Shown here: positions 50,521-63,059 of the stretch, in pieces | Numbering within the stretch: position 1 is the first letter of the stretch | Layout: each line of letters starts with the position of its first letter | Assembly (NCBI RefSeq): GCF_006345805.1 | Contig: NC_042999.1 | Coordinates: forward strand, 144,832,001-144,896,000 | Length of the DNA stretch: 64,000 bases | Direction: 5' to 3' | Source of the DNA: Octopus sinensis | Taxonomy: Eukaryota | Translations under genes and position numbers: made by a program | The notes under the pieces: model-generated | What the model was told of the DNA's origin: nothing | Seen by the model: the letters and a program-made list of their open reading frames with translations, nothing else | The model's database searches: none

Positions 50521-53394
50521 TAATGGTATGCTCTGATACGAAGTTATCAGTTCAAATGATGGAATAATCCATTTTTCTTTACTGCAGTAACATTTCAAGA
50601 GTAATTCTATATCTTTGCCACAAAATAAGGCTTAAAAATATAAATAGAAAATTGTGATCATAAATTCCCAATTATTAAAAAATATGTTTATTCTAAATGA
50701 AAGTTAGTGGCCATTACTATTTGTAGCTAAGATTTAAGGAGTAAAAAATATTTTCAAATATTTATTTGTTTGAAAGAAACATAGGACTGAAAATTAATAA
50801 CAGAAGGAAATTAAAATGATTAATGTTCTGATAAGAAGCCAATGGCAATCAGTGTCACTTCATAAAAAAACTATCTTAAGAAACCAATGACAATCAGTTT
50901 CAATTCATAAAAAGCTTCCACTGTGCCATAAATTTGGTCTAGACAATCAAATTGTGCTATTTAAGAATAAACTACAATCTAATTTACTGTCTGTCTTATA
51001 GAGACATTAGAGATGAAAATTTGAGTAAACCGTCTTTTTATATTTGTTTAACATCATAACATCTCTGAATTGTTTAGTTCTTGTCAACCCTGATTAAGCA
51101 AAACTATGATTGGGTGATTCCAGCCATGACAATCCTGTCATTTTTATTTATTAAGAATCACTTTATCTAATGTGACCCTTTTTTTAAGACGATAGAGTGT
51201 AATTTGAGGGAGATTTGGCTGCAATTTATAACAGGTTGAGCAATCTATTGAGGTATCCTCATTGGCTCAAGTTAAAACTCCTTTGTTGGTTGAAACAGAG
51301 GCTCCATCACTGGCTCTGTTGTTAAAAGTAGGTTAACTGATTATTTTAAGAAAGATGACACTAGTTGGTTTAATTCTCATTCCAAGTTGCTGAGGGGCTT
51401 ATTGGTTTAACCACAAGGTCTAATTTCACAGTAAGACCCTTTGTGGTTGGTCACTGCTAGAAGTAGCTATGACTTTATCAAACATACCAATATGAGTTCA
51501 TATATATATTTATTCTTACCCTGTGTTGTATTTCATGTTTATTCACTACTCACCCAGTATTGGCACTGTAATTATACATCTATTCATTACCCACCTTGCT
51601 TTGGATGGGGATGTGGAAGCATGTGGCCTTGTGGTTAGAGTGCTAGGCTCACAAGCATTAGGAGATGAGTTTGATTCTTGAATTGGTTGACATGTAATGT
51701 CCTTGAGCAAGGTACTTAATTTCACATTGCTCTAGTTCAAGCTAATGAAAGTGAGTGCCAATAGCCAGTGGAGATTAACCCTGCAATGAACTAGCATCCC
51801 ATTCATAGGAGTCTAGTACTCTCAAGCACCTAAACACCTTTAAAAACTTAAGTTCCAACCCCATGAGCCTGTAAGCTTGTGGCAAACTAACCCCTGTATT
51901 CATGCTGTAGTTATATATTTATTCAAAAGCCATGTTGTAGAAATTTCAAGAATTTTATAATAAGTACACAAAAAAAATTAAATCTGTGAATTCTATATAT
52001 CTTTTTCCCTATAATTCCTTAATTTCAAATTCAAATTTCTAATACCACCTCATATTATACAAAAATGATTATTCCCCCTTGTAATAGCAACAACCACTAG
52101 GGGAACCACATGTTTCATTATTCTTATTGATGTCTGATCTTCGACCTTGAACCATTATGTAAATGAGTTGTACTACACACAATCTTGTTTAGATGTTTAA
52201 TAAGTAGTTCTATACTTGTTTCAACAGTTTGGGAGGTTGAGATAAGTGATCCCTGATATGTTTTATGAAGGATCAAACCAGTCATTTTGATTCCTATTCC
52301 AAGCTACTTTCACAGTGGGACCAAATATATGTTTAATAAATATACAGATATAATTGTATATTATTAGTCATGTACTCCTTTATGAGATAGTTAGGAACGA
52401 TTTGAAGATTTTGATGCTGCTGCTAGCAAGGTGAACAACCACATGGAGACTCTTTCAAAATGGTTGTTGTTGATTAGCCTTCAATAAACACATAATCAAA
52501 GGTAGCAATGACCATCCCATCTTATTTTCAGATATAGTTTATTTAACATTTCCTTATCAAATATGTTTACATTTCTGAAAATAGTAGGCTTTAATTTGAA
52601 ATATATTGGCTGCTATTTCTAGCAGCTTCAGTGACTACATATATTTATAGTGGTCATTTATTGTAGTGTAAAAGAAAACGGGAAAATGTAAGTATTTTTC
52701 TAACTCCCATGAAAGTTAGAGTGTGTACTTAGTTGAACTAATGATTCATAATCAAGTAATCTAATATATTATTCATTCAGCCATCTCACATTTATATACA
52801 ACACTGAAGGGAGAGTTGACTTGTTACTATAAGGTTTACATGTAGTGTGAACTGGTAGGTTCACTAAAACTAGATTCATTTGATATTATATAAATAATCA
52901 TTTAGATATGAATAAATATGATTTGACTAAGATTTGTATGACATGCATGAAAGAAAACAAACAGATATAGGACTGTTTACATTTTTGAATTAATAGTAAC
53001 AAATTAGATTTCTTAATAATGATACTTTTTACATAAGCCTAAGGCCTAGGAGGGTTGTTATTGATTGAATCACCTTCGCATATTGCTAGTTCTTATTTTA
53101 TCAGCTTTAGAAGAATGAAAGACTGATAACTCAGAGTAAGCTCTGACTGCAGGAAGAAGAAACAAAACACTACAAGATTTCAGTGAATTATGAGTTTTGA
53201 TATTTTACAAATTTTTCTTTTTTTCTTTTTTTTTTTTTGCTTTAGCTTTATTATTAACAACATAGCAAAATTGCTTATTACATTCTTGACCACTTTTAAT
53301 ATCTCAAAGTAAAAGAAAAAAAAAATTTTCTCAAATAAAAAATTGCTTTTGATTAAAGATTTCTTTACTTACACATAGAAATTAGATACATCTT

Positions 53395-53550
53395 GAAAGA
53401 CATACATGCAAATGGTTTGAGAAGTTTGCTTTACAACCATGTGGTTCCAGGTTCAATCCCATTGCACAACACTTTGAGAAAGTGTCTTCTACACTCTCCT
53501 TGGGTTGACCAATGATTGAAATTTGGTATATAGATGCTGTGTAGAGGCTC
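53395..53550 (-). mobile_element. Diverged tRNA-SINE head
   Basis: Reverse of 'ggttgtaaagc...' with 'ggttccaggttcaatccc', belonging to the 11.3-kb family. Confidence 0.5.
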
Positions 53551-54147
53551 ATATAAGTGTGTGTATACATGTGTACATCCATTTCAGTTCATGGATACAT
53601 TCTTATATGTGCACATATACACACCTGTCCCCTCCTTAAGCCTCCTCATAGAACCATATTCCTACTTATCCATTCATTCCCTTGCTTGTATGTTTTTCCA
53701 CCAATGACTCTTTTACTCCCTTCCTTTTCTTCTGATGAAAGACTAGCACTTAAAACATCAAAACACTTTCCCTTCCTTTTCAGCATTAAGCTAATACAAC
53801 ATTTACAACATTATTCATACACATTCACAAGGCTTTAATCTACTGCAGCCATGGGGCAACCAAAGCCTTTGAGTAGATTTTGAAAGTGGAGACTGAAAGA
53901 AGCCTTCTGTATATATATATAATATATATATATATATTATATACATATTAGAGGGAAACCACTTTGTGGACACCCTTATGCTAGGAACAGATCCGCTATG
54001 GTCTTACCACTAAGAAATGTTCTCAAGAAAATCGATGTTAATTAAATCAATATCTAATTTCTCACCCTCATTTTAAAACTTATATATATATATATATATG
54101 AAAAAACAAGTCAAAAATAGAAAATGCTAAAATAATTTTATAGTGAA

Positions 54148-54195
54148 CATTTCAGTACCGGTTTCGGTCATTTTGAGACCTTTTCAACTGTAACG
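54148..54195 (-). ncRNA. Minimal type I hammerhead ribozyme, U3/A8 variant (left arm)
   Basis: Reverse complement of 54676-54723. Confidence 0.6.
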
Positions 54196-54675
54196 ATTAA
54201 ATAATTAAATTTAGAAAAATTAGAAGAAAAGTTTTTTTAAAAGAATATTTCTATAGTAGTGTTCAGATTTAAGTGGCATTCTGCCTTTCTCTGACTCCCT
54301 TGTTTGCACTTGTGTGTCGGAGTTCTTGGAAGGGTAGTAGAGGAAGAAGGCTGGTGGGGAAAGGGGGATGGGAGAATCTGGGAGTGCCCTGATGGTCGTA
54401 TTTTGAATGGTCAGTGGTGGCTGGCAGTCTCAGTTCAATTCAGGAGAATATTTATATTGACCATTCAAAATACGACCATCAGGGCACTCCCAGATTCTCC
54501 CATCCCCCTTTCCCCACCAGCCTTCTTCCTCTACTACCCTTCCAAGAACTCCGACACACAAGTGCAAACAAGGGAGTCAGAGAAAGGCAGAATGCCACTT
54601 AAATCTGAACACTACTATAGAAATATTCTTTTAAAAAAACTTTTCTTCTAATTTTTCTAAATTTAATTATTTAAT

Positions 54676-54723
54676 CGTTACAGTTGAAAAGGTCTCAAAA
54701 TGACCGAAACCGGTACTGAAATG
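54676..54723 (+). ncRNA. Minimal type I hammerhead ribozyme, U3/A8 variant (right arm)
   Basis: cgttacag-TTGAAAA-ggtc-tcaaaat-gacc-GAAA-ccgg-TA-ctgaaatg. Stem II is ggtc/gacc, stem III is the palindrome ACCGGT, the cleavage triplet is GUA, and stem I is 7/8 paired. Confidence 0.6.
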
Positions 54724-54809
54724 TTCACTATAAAATTATTTTAGCATTTTCTATTTTTGACTTGTTTTTTCATATATATCAACTCGTGTGTTCCTTTTCA
54801 CCCTTATAC

Positions 54810-54842
<33 letters not shown>

Positions 54843-55314
54843 CAAACATATATATGTACACAAACGCACACACACATATATGGTGTTGAAAATTAGGAAA
54901 ATTGGAAAATATTTAGACTATCCTTGAAACTGCAGTCTGGTACTTTAGAAACTGTTGCTTTTGGTTCTGTTACTGCCTGCATCTCTCTCTCTCTCTCTCC
55001 TCCTACACATTGCTTTTCTAACTCCTGTGGGCAGAAAGCTTTCAAGTGATTCATACAGTCACATATATAGAAACTGCACTTTCAGTCTAAAGGGGTTTTT
55101 TTTCTGCATCAGCAATGGAGTACAGCTTTAGAAAGCCTTTATCACCTCCAGGGATCATCAGACACTGCATGTCTATATAGGCCATACCTTACTACATATT
55201 GTTTCTTATTTTCTCTGTACTTACTACCTACATCTATTGGCCTGCAATGTTGATAGCAAGCCAAATGTCAAAGCCACTATTAATGTTGATGATTGTTACC
55301 CTTGTATTCCATTT

Positions 55315-56150
55315 ATGAAGTGGTATCAAAACATTTCCCAGACTAGATCTGTAGCATGCCAATAGATGGCAGCACACAGTTTTGTGCATAGCAAGAGCTA
55401 GCAGTCACCTTCATGAGGCAGTGTGTTGAGTAACATCACTGTGCTTACTTCACAAGTTTTAAAATTTGTATTTTTGTGATCACATGTATGCTGTAGTCTG
55501 TGATTTTATCATGGACAGGAAGTTGGAACAAAGAGTCAACATGAAATTTTGCATTAAACTTGAGAAGCTTGCTACAGAGACATTGAACATGCTTTGGTGA
55601 GCTTACGGAGATGAGGCAATGAGTCGTATGCAATGTTCTGAGTGGCACAGGCACTTCAAAAGCAGAACATCTATAGAAGACAATGAACAATCTGGAAGAC
55701 CTGCCACAAGTATCATCCCTGGAACTGTGGAGAAAATTCATCATCTTGTGCATAAAGATTGTCAGAGGACAATCAATGATATTGCTCATGTTCTTAGTCT
55801 GTCATATGGATCCGTGCAGGCAATCCTAATGTCTGAATTGAACATGCAGCATGCCTCTGCTAAGTTTATCCCCTGCCTGCTGACCACTGAGCAGAGAGAA
55901 CATCATGTCAATGTCTGTCAAGATCTTCATTAGCATGCTGCTGATGACCCATCCTTCATGTCAAGCTTTATCACCAGTGGCAAGTGTTGGGTCTTTGGGT
56001 AAGACCCTGAGATGAAGCAGCAGTCGTCACAATGGAAGAGCCTTTCATCTCCATGATCAAAGAAGGTACAACAGAGTTGCAGCTCAATCAAGACCATGCA
56101 CATTGTTTTTTTCAACATCTGCAGTATTGTGCATCAAGAATTCGTCCCCC
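55315..56150 (+). mobile_element. Mariner transposon fossil (3'-truncated)
   Basis: MDRKLEQRVNMKFCIKL...AYGDEAMSRMQCSEWHRHFK...SGRP...AKFIPCLLTTEQRE...DPEMKQQSSQWK...VHQEFVP, with stops. Confidence 0.85.
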
Positions 56151-57779
56151 AGTTGTGTTTTCTGTTCAAAACAGTGTACTCATCTCTCCTGCACATAGTG
56201 GTCACTACTTCTGATGTCCAATCACTTTGTCAACTGACTTATTTCTGCTTGATATTTTTCTTAAATTAACAATGCACATCCATAAGTCCATATTCAACTT
56301 ACACCTATCCAACCACTATATATCTACATTCATTTCATGTTTTGCTGCTGTGCAGTATCACACTTCTTACATGTGCTTCATGAAAGTGCATGGCCTAGTG
56401 ATTAGAGTGTTGCACACACGATTGTAAGACTAAGGTTTCAATTCCTGGACCAGGTGGTGCATTGCACTTTTGAGCAAAACACTTCATCTCACATTCCTCT
56501 GCAATCACTTCAACACCTGATGTATAGTACACTGTGTGCCAGTTTAGGCAATGTCACTTTGATGGAGGGAGAACAACACAAACATTTGATCGCTATAAAC
56601 AAACCATTTGTGCAGGTTGTTCAGCAATAAATTGCAAAACTGTTATTCTTGGTCTATGTGAATTTTCCATCACATAAGCTCATGATGTTTGATTTTTGTA
56701 CAGAAAATGTGATTTATTTTTATTGCTAAGGGAAGTTAAATTATTTGCAATGTTTTCAGCCCTGTCTACATACAAGCTCCTACAACTTTATCATAAACAC
56801 CTTCAACACTATCAATACCTCCACAGCTCAGCACTAGATGTACTTACTTCTTCTAATGAGCCACTTGAGCAGTCCATAATTCATAGCTCATGGCAGATCT
56901 TGCTGTTAGTTACTCTAATGTGTCTGGTTGATTATCTATCTGCCAGGAATTCTAGAACACTTTTGTGTATCCATTTTTTGCTCAGAATAAATATTGGGTT
57001 TTCTATCTAGATGGTTCTACATATCTTTTTTTTTTTTTACATATAACTTAACTTCTCTAAAGAAACTCACTGCATACCCTTTCTATCTATCACAGTAATC
57101 CTCTAGACTGTGCATGAAACACTTCCTCTTGTTCTTCCTTTTCAAGGCTGTAACCCTCTGGTATCTCTTCTTCCCTTCCTCTTTCTCTCTATCTTATTAG
57201 GAAAGTTGAATTTACCTAGAAAAGATGATGGTATTTAGTTGTTTAGCTCCATATCAGCCTTGATAAAGCAAACCTATGGTCAAAACCTATACTTTATACG
57301 CACTTTTGATTACTGCATATACTTTATACGCACTTTTGACAAGTTGTGGTGCACCTGAGCACTCTATACAATAATTTCATTATATTATATAAAAGTTGGT
57401 TTTTTTTCAACATAAGTACTAAATAAGGTAATATGCTATTTATTTTTAAGATAATAAGGTGTGACTTAAGGGAAACTTGGTTGCTATTCCTAGCAGGTTG
57501 AAAAATGAACATTGTGAATATTCTCTCATTAATATTGTTTAGCCACAGGTCAGTTCTGATTGAACAGACTTATGATTACAATTACTTCAGCCCTGTATAT
57601 CAGAGATCACTTTGTGCAGTGGTATCTTCTTTTATTTAAGGATATATGAGGGAGACTTGACATCAGTTTAAACAAGTCTTCGTAATTAGCTCAATGCCCT
57701 CCAGAGAAAGACATTAATATATCGACTAAGTTCATTGGTATGTGTCGATACGTGCCTCTCTGTATATGAGTATTTGTGT

Positions 57780-58310
57780 CTGTGGGTAAACTACTGCATA
57801 GAGGCTACCTCTTTGATTCAAATGTATTCTGTTTTAAACACAATATTCATCAATACAACATTTTGTATCCTGTTGATTATAGATATCATGTTCATGATAT
57901 GATGTTGATTGAGAAACAAAGTATCTAGTAGTCTAGGTTTGTTGTATTGTCTGAATGTCCATTTTTTTATAAGTCCTTTGTTATAAGAACTATTTTGTAG
58001 CTATTGTTTAGTCTGTTATTGTTACTTGTAGTAATAAGCTGGTGGATTTTCAGGCAACATTTATATTTTTAATGCCGTTGAGATTGCAAGATTGTGTGGC
58101 ATTGCCCAGGTGTCGAAACCATAGTGAGTATATTTGGCAGCTGATGATGGGCATACACATTTATTCTGTTTAATTGTGAATTTCTTATATCTTAATCATG
58201 TTATTCTGAGCTGTCCTTCATTCTTGTAAAGTGCTTGTGGACTCCTAGTTTGTGGAGATCACTTACATTGATAATGTTTGGTTTTCTTCATAATTAATCT
58301 AATTAGGTTT
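57780..58310 (-). mobile_element. Highly decayed LINE 3' fragment (tentative)
   Basis: The minus strand resembles the LINE RT thumb (..INVYAHHQLPNILTMV..W..HTILQSQR), but similarity is weak. Confidence 0.3.
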
Positions 58311-58355
58311 AGATAATGCTTGGATATTGGTGTCTAGTTTTGGGAGGTTCTGTGG

Positions 58356-58401
<46 letters not shown>

Positions 58402-58407
58402 TATATA

Positions 58408-58527
58408 GGCACAGGTGTGGGTGTGTCGCAAGAAACTTGCTTCCCAACCACATGATTCCGGGTTCAATCCCACTGTATGGCACTTTGGGCAAGTGTCTTC
58501 TACTATAGCCTCGACCTGACCAAAGCA
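58408..58527 (+). mobile_element. Truncated tRNA-SINE head
   Basis: 'agaaacttgcttcccaaccacatgattccgggttcaatcccactg...gacctgaccaaagc'. Confidence 0.65.
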
Positions 58528-58583
58528 TATATATGTATATACATATATATGCATGTATATACATACGTATGTATGTATATACA

Positions 58584-59352
58584 TTAGGTTGTCAAGAAAG
58601 TTCTTGCTGTTTTTAACCTTAAATTCAGATGTACATATCTCAGCTCAAACAAAACTTTATTAATCAAAATAAACACCATCAGAATCAACACACTTTTGCC
58701 AACGTGAAACAAGTTTATTTATGTCAGTAGTGTAAAAATCCTGCGTTCTGGTGGTGATGAAGTTGTTGAAGGCGTGTTTGGCATCATCTTGGTTTTTGAA
58801 GCATTTCTCATGCTTCAAGATGCTTGAAAAAGTGGATTGTTTTTCCAATCCTTTTCAAGTGGTTAGATATTGTTATATACGTTACGTCGAATTCAGAAGC
58901 AGGCTCTCGAACAGTTGTGTGTGGATTGGCTTCAACTGAGGCTCTTAGTTGATCATTGTCAAGATCCGATGGCTGACTGCTATGCTTATCATCTTCAAGA
59001 TTCTCGTCACTGCTATAAAATTTCTTGAACCACCATTGTGCTGTATATTCATTAGTGGTTCCTGGGCCAAATGCATCGTTGATATCGTGAGCTGTTTCAG
59101 CAGCTTTTCGGCCTAGCTTGAACTGGAATAAGAAAATTGTGCAAATTTGCTTTTTTGTCCATGTTGTATTCAACGTTCTGGTAAAAAAAATGGCCTAATT
59201 ATTCTAAAAGGAAAAGAGTAACATGATTAGATAGAGCAAAAAATAGGCTTTAAAATGATATACAAAGTGAAAGTAATTTAACAAAAATTTATTTGGAAAT
59301 ACATCATTTAAAACCAAAATTAAAAATTCTGCAAGAACTTTCATGACAACCT
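58584..59352 (-). mobile_element. Internally deleted mariner (Hsmar1/SETMAR-like)
   Basis: TIRs ttaggttgtcaagaaagttcttgc / gcaagaactttcatgacaacct. The N-terminal HTH (IFLFQFKLGRKAAETAHDINDAFG...QWWFKKF) is fused to the C-terminus (DFYTTDINKLVSRWQKCVDSDGVYFD), and the catalytic core is deleted. Confidence 0.85.
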
Positions 59353-59354
59353 GC

Positions 59355-59514
59355 AGGAGTGGCTGTGTGGTAAGTAGCTTGTTTACCAACCACATGGTTC
59401 CGGGTTCAGTCCCACTGCGTGGCACCTTGGGCAAGTTTCTTCTACTATAGTCTCGGGCTGACCAAAGCCTTGTGAGTGGATTTGGTAGGCGGAATCTGAA
59501 AGAAGCCCGTCGTA

Positions 59515-59561
<47 letters not shown>

Positions 59562-59778
59562 TTGTGTGTCTGTGTTTGTCCCCCTAGCATTGCTTGACAA
59601 CCGATGCTGGTGTGTTTATGTCCCCGTCACTTAGCGGTTCGGCAAAAAGAGACCGATAGAATAAGTATTGGGCTTACAAAGAATAAGTCCCGGGGTCGAG
59701 TTGCTCGATTAAAGGCAGTGCTCCAGCATGGCTGCAGTCAAATGACTGAAACAAGTAAAAGAGTAAAAGAGAGTAAAG
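59355..59778 (+). mobile_element. tRNA-derived SINE, near full length
   Basis: Same head, body and (taaaaga) tail as 11263-11655. Confidence 0.8.
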
Positions 59779-60201
59779 AGTAACATAATACATACACAGG
59801 TAATTATTTAGACACTGGGTATATGTCTAGTAGTATGCAGATTAAAACACTTTCACTATTTAGGCTACCTGATGTCATCCACGGTTATGATATAATTGTC
59901 ACTGGATCTATGTCAGAAATTTCACAGTGTTCATTGAGTTCATAATGAATGAGGGAAACAGAAAATGGATTTAGCAAAAATCTTTATTCAACGCAGTGAC
60001 TGTTTCGACCCATCCTGCATCTGTCCCTTGTGGGTAGGACTTAGTACATCTAGTTGCGTTGCATCAAATGTCTGACATAAATAAGTCATGTTACTACATA
60101 TACTGAGATTTGCTTGGCATGTTGTTGCCTGTAGAGTGTTGGCTACACTGACATAGGACATGTGTGTGTGTGTGTGTGTGTGTATGTGTGTGTGTGTGTG
60201 C

Positions 60202-60246
<45 letters not shown>

Positions 60247-61199
60247 GGAGTAAACACATAAATGTGAAACAAGGTGGAAAAAAGAGTACTCAAATACCAG
60301 TGGTAGAGTAATATACTTTATTTAAAGCAGCAGAAAATTCAACAAAACCTGTTACTCTGTTATATATGAATACTTCCAATTGACATGTTATTTTAAGTAA
60401 TAGGAAGGTTTATTTTTTAAAATGTCATGTTTGAAACTATTTTCTGTTGAGATATAACAAATTTACCGAGATATGAGTTGCAGGAAATTCCAATTCTATT
60501 ACTGGAATAACCATGGAATTTAATTTTAATAAATAAAGCCAAAAGATTAAATACCTATTTAGAAATACTTCTGCAGTGAGGAAATGACATTGTTAGCTGA
60601 ATTATTCATTTAAATCCTTTTGACAAGGGGAGATAACTCTAGACATGTTCAACGTAATTAGAATCTCCTCAGCAAAATTTCACTGTCCATGCTGAAGTAG
60701 TGATAAGAAACTCCATATGTAGATGTGCAACAATCTACAAGAGTAGTCATGAAAACAATGTATTAAAAGGAATAAATCAGAGTTGTGCAGGCATGGCTAT
60801 ATCATTAAAAAGTTTGCTTTGGAACCATATTGTTAGGAGTGCATGAATACTGACAGCAAACTTTCTATACTATAGCTAGAGGTCAACCAATACTTTGTAA
60901 GTGAAATTGGTAGACTGAAACTTGAGAAACCTGTTACATGCATGCACATACACACACACACCTTTGATTACAGGGGATCTATAAAGAATTGAGTAAAGTA
61001 TGCCTCAGACTGGTTATCCAAAAGTAACCAATGCTGAATGGAACCTTAGGCATGATGTAAAGACAATAAAAACAGACAAATGGGTTCTGATTGTACAAAA
61101 TCTTGTCACAATAAATTCTCTTAATGAAACAATTGCAGCAATACTCAATAATCCATCTGCCTGTTTTTATTTTATATATATATTCCATACATACAAACT

Positions 61200-61430
61200 T
61201 GTCTTTCGCAGGTGCTGATACCACATTAAATGCACCCGTGCTGGTGTTGTATATACACACCTGTGCTGATGGCACATAAAAAGCACCCAACATACTCTGT
61301 AGAGTGGTTGGTATTAGAAAGACCATCCAGCCAAAGAAGCCATGTCACAGCAGACAACTGGAGTGTGGCCAGCTGCATGTCAAACCGTCCAACTTATACC
61401 AGCATGGAAAATGGATGTTAAACAATGATC
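61200..61430 (+). mobile_element. RTE-tail repeat
   Basis: 'ggcacataaaaagcaccc...gagtggttgg...' ending in an (atg) tail. It is tail-to-tail with the next element. Confidence 0.55.
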
Positions 61431-61434
61431 ATGA

Positions 61435-62140
61435 TATCATCATCATCATCATCATCATTGTTAAACGTCTGCTTTCCATGCTAGCATGGGTTGGACGATT
61501 TGACTGAGGACTGCCGAACCAGATGGCTGCGCCAGGCTCCAATTTGATCTGGCAGAGTTTCTACAGCTGGATACCCTTCCTAACGCCAACCACTCCGAGA
61601 GTGTAGTGAATGCTTTTAAAGTGCCACTGGCACGAGGGCCAGTCTGGCGGTACTGGCAATGGCCATGCTCGAAAATGGTGTTTTTTACGTGCCACCTGCA
61701 CAGGAGTCAGTCCAGCAGCACTGGCAACAATCTCGCTCAAATGTTTTGTTCACGTACCACTGGCACAAGTGCCAGTGAGGCGACGCTGATAACGATCACG
61801 CTCAAATGGTGCTCCTTACATGCCAGACAGCTGCTCTGGCAGTGATCCCACTTGGATGGAGCTGTTAGCACTCCACTGGCATGGGTGCCAGTCATCGAAT
61901 GTGGTTCAATTTCGATTTCACTTGCCTCAACAGGTCTTCGCAAGCAGAGTTGTGTCCAAAGAAGGAAAGGTATGCATAAGTGGGCTGGCTACATCCTGGT
62001 AAAGACCATGGGTTATGGTCTCACTTGTCCTGCTGGGTCTTCTCACACACAGCATATTTCCAACGGTCTCGGTCGCTAGTCATTGCTTCGGTGAGGCTGT
62101 CATTGCTTCAGTGAGGCAGTCATTGCCTCGGTGAGGCTAT
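61435..62140 (-). mobile_element. RTE LINE 3' end with (GAT)n tail
   Basis: Close paralog of 22284-22998, sharing the modules and 'ttcgatttcacttgcctcaa...gaaggaaaggtatgcat'. Confidence 0.75.
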
Positions 62141-62141
62141 G

Positions 62142-62191
<50 letters not shown>

Positions 62192-62239
62192 GGTAAATGG
62201 ACAAACAAAAGAAAGAGGCACTCAATACAATTAGTAGGA

Positions 62240-62560
62240 GTTTCTATGCTGGCATGGGTTGGACAGTTTGACTGAGGACTGGCAAGCCAGAAGGCTATAC
62301 CAGACTCTAATATGATCTGGTAAGGTTTCTACAGTTGGATTCCCTTCCTAGTGCCAACCATTCTGAGAGTGTAGTGGGTGCTTTTTACATGCAACCAGCA
62401 TGGGACCAGTCAGGTGGCACTGGCATTGACCATACTTGAATGGTGCTTTTTACCTGCCACTGGCATGGAAGCAAGTCAGGCAGCACTGGCATTGACCATG
62501 CTTGAATGGTGCTTTTTATGTGCTACCGGCATGGGTGCCAGTCAGAAAACAGTTTTGATT
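62240..62560 (-). mobile_element. RTE-tail repeat
   Basis: The shared 3' UTR plus three tandem 'gcactggcattgaccat(a/g)cttgaatggtgcttttt' modules. Confidence 0.6.
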
Positions 62561-63059
62561 CAGCTCCATATGACTTAAAGCTTCATAAACTTCTTACACA
62601 AATCTATCTTGTCAGGCTCGTAATAATAATAATAATAATAATAATAATAGGCAATATGAAGAGCACAACGCAATTGCATTAGATATTTTATTGGTTGAAC
62701 AATATTTTGAGTTTGCCTGTCTTTGTTGAGTTCAAAATGAAAAGTGATACACAGAAATTCAAGTTCAAAAATTGGAATGACATTCTTAGTCTTCAATTGA
62801 TGACTGATGTCATTCTGTCAATGTGGGAATGCTAGTTGCTCGCATTCAACAGAGACAAGCAAGCTGTCAAAATGTTGTTCAACCAATAAAGTAGCTATTG
62901 CAATCACATCACGCTCTTCATATTATCTATTTACCTTTGTGAAGAGTTACGTCAATCCTTTCAAATATAATAATAATAATACAAACATACACACATGTTG
63001 GTCTATACCTAGGCAACAGTTTGGGTATTTCACACCCTTGATAGATTTAGAAAACAACT

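Larger units (their letters stand above)
54092..54779. mobile_element. Perfect inverted duplication (322-bp arms, 44-bp spacer), probably a PLE 3'-end-derived element
   Basis: 54092-54413 is the reverse complement of 54458-54779 with no mismatch seen by eye. It is flanked by TA runs, and each arm carries a hammerhead-like motif near its outer end. Confidence 0.85.

Noticed and set aside
53725-53765. 'ttttct-CTGATGA-aagactagcactt-aaaacatcaaaa' hammerhead-like motif
   Set aside because: G12 of GAAA is lost and stem III does not pair; probably a decayed PLE end.
54304-54651. 115-aa ORF spanning the palindrome centre
   Set aside because: An artefact of the GC-richer inverted repeat, with no recognisable domain.
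58100-58155. GAAAC...CTGATGA (type II hammerhead order)
   Set aside because: Stem II is offset from GAAA by 6 nt, there is no stem I/III pairing, and it lies in an apparent LINE remnant.
59990-60070. Minus-strand 'tgggtcGAAAcagtc' with flanking stems
   Set aside because: No recognisable CUGANGA core.
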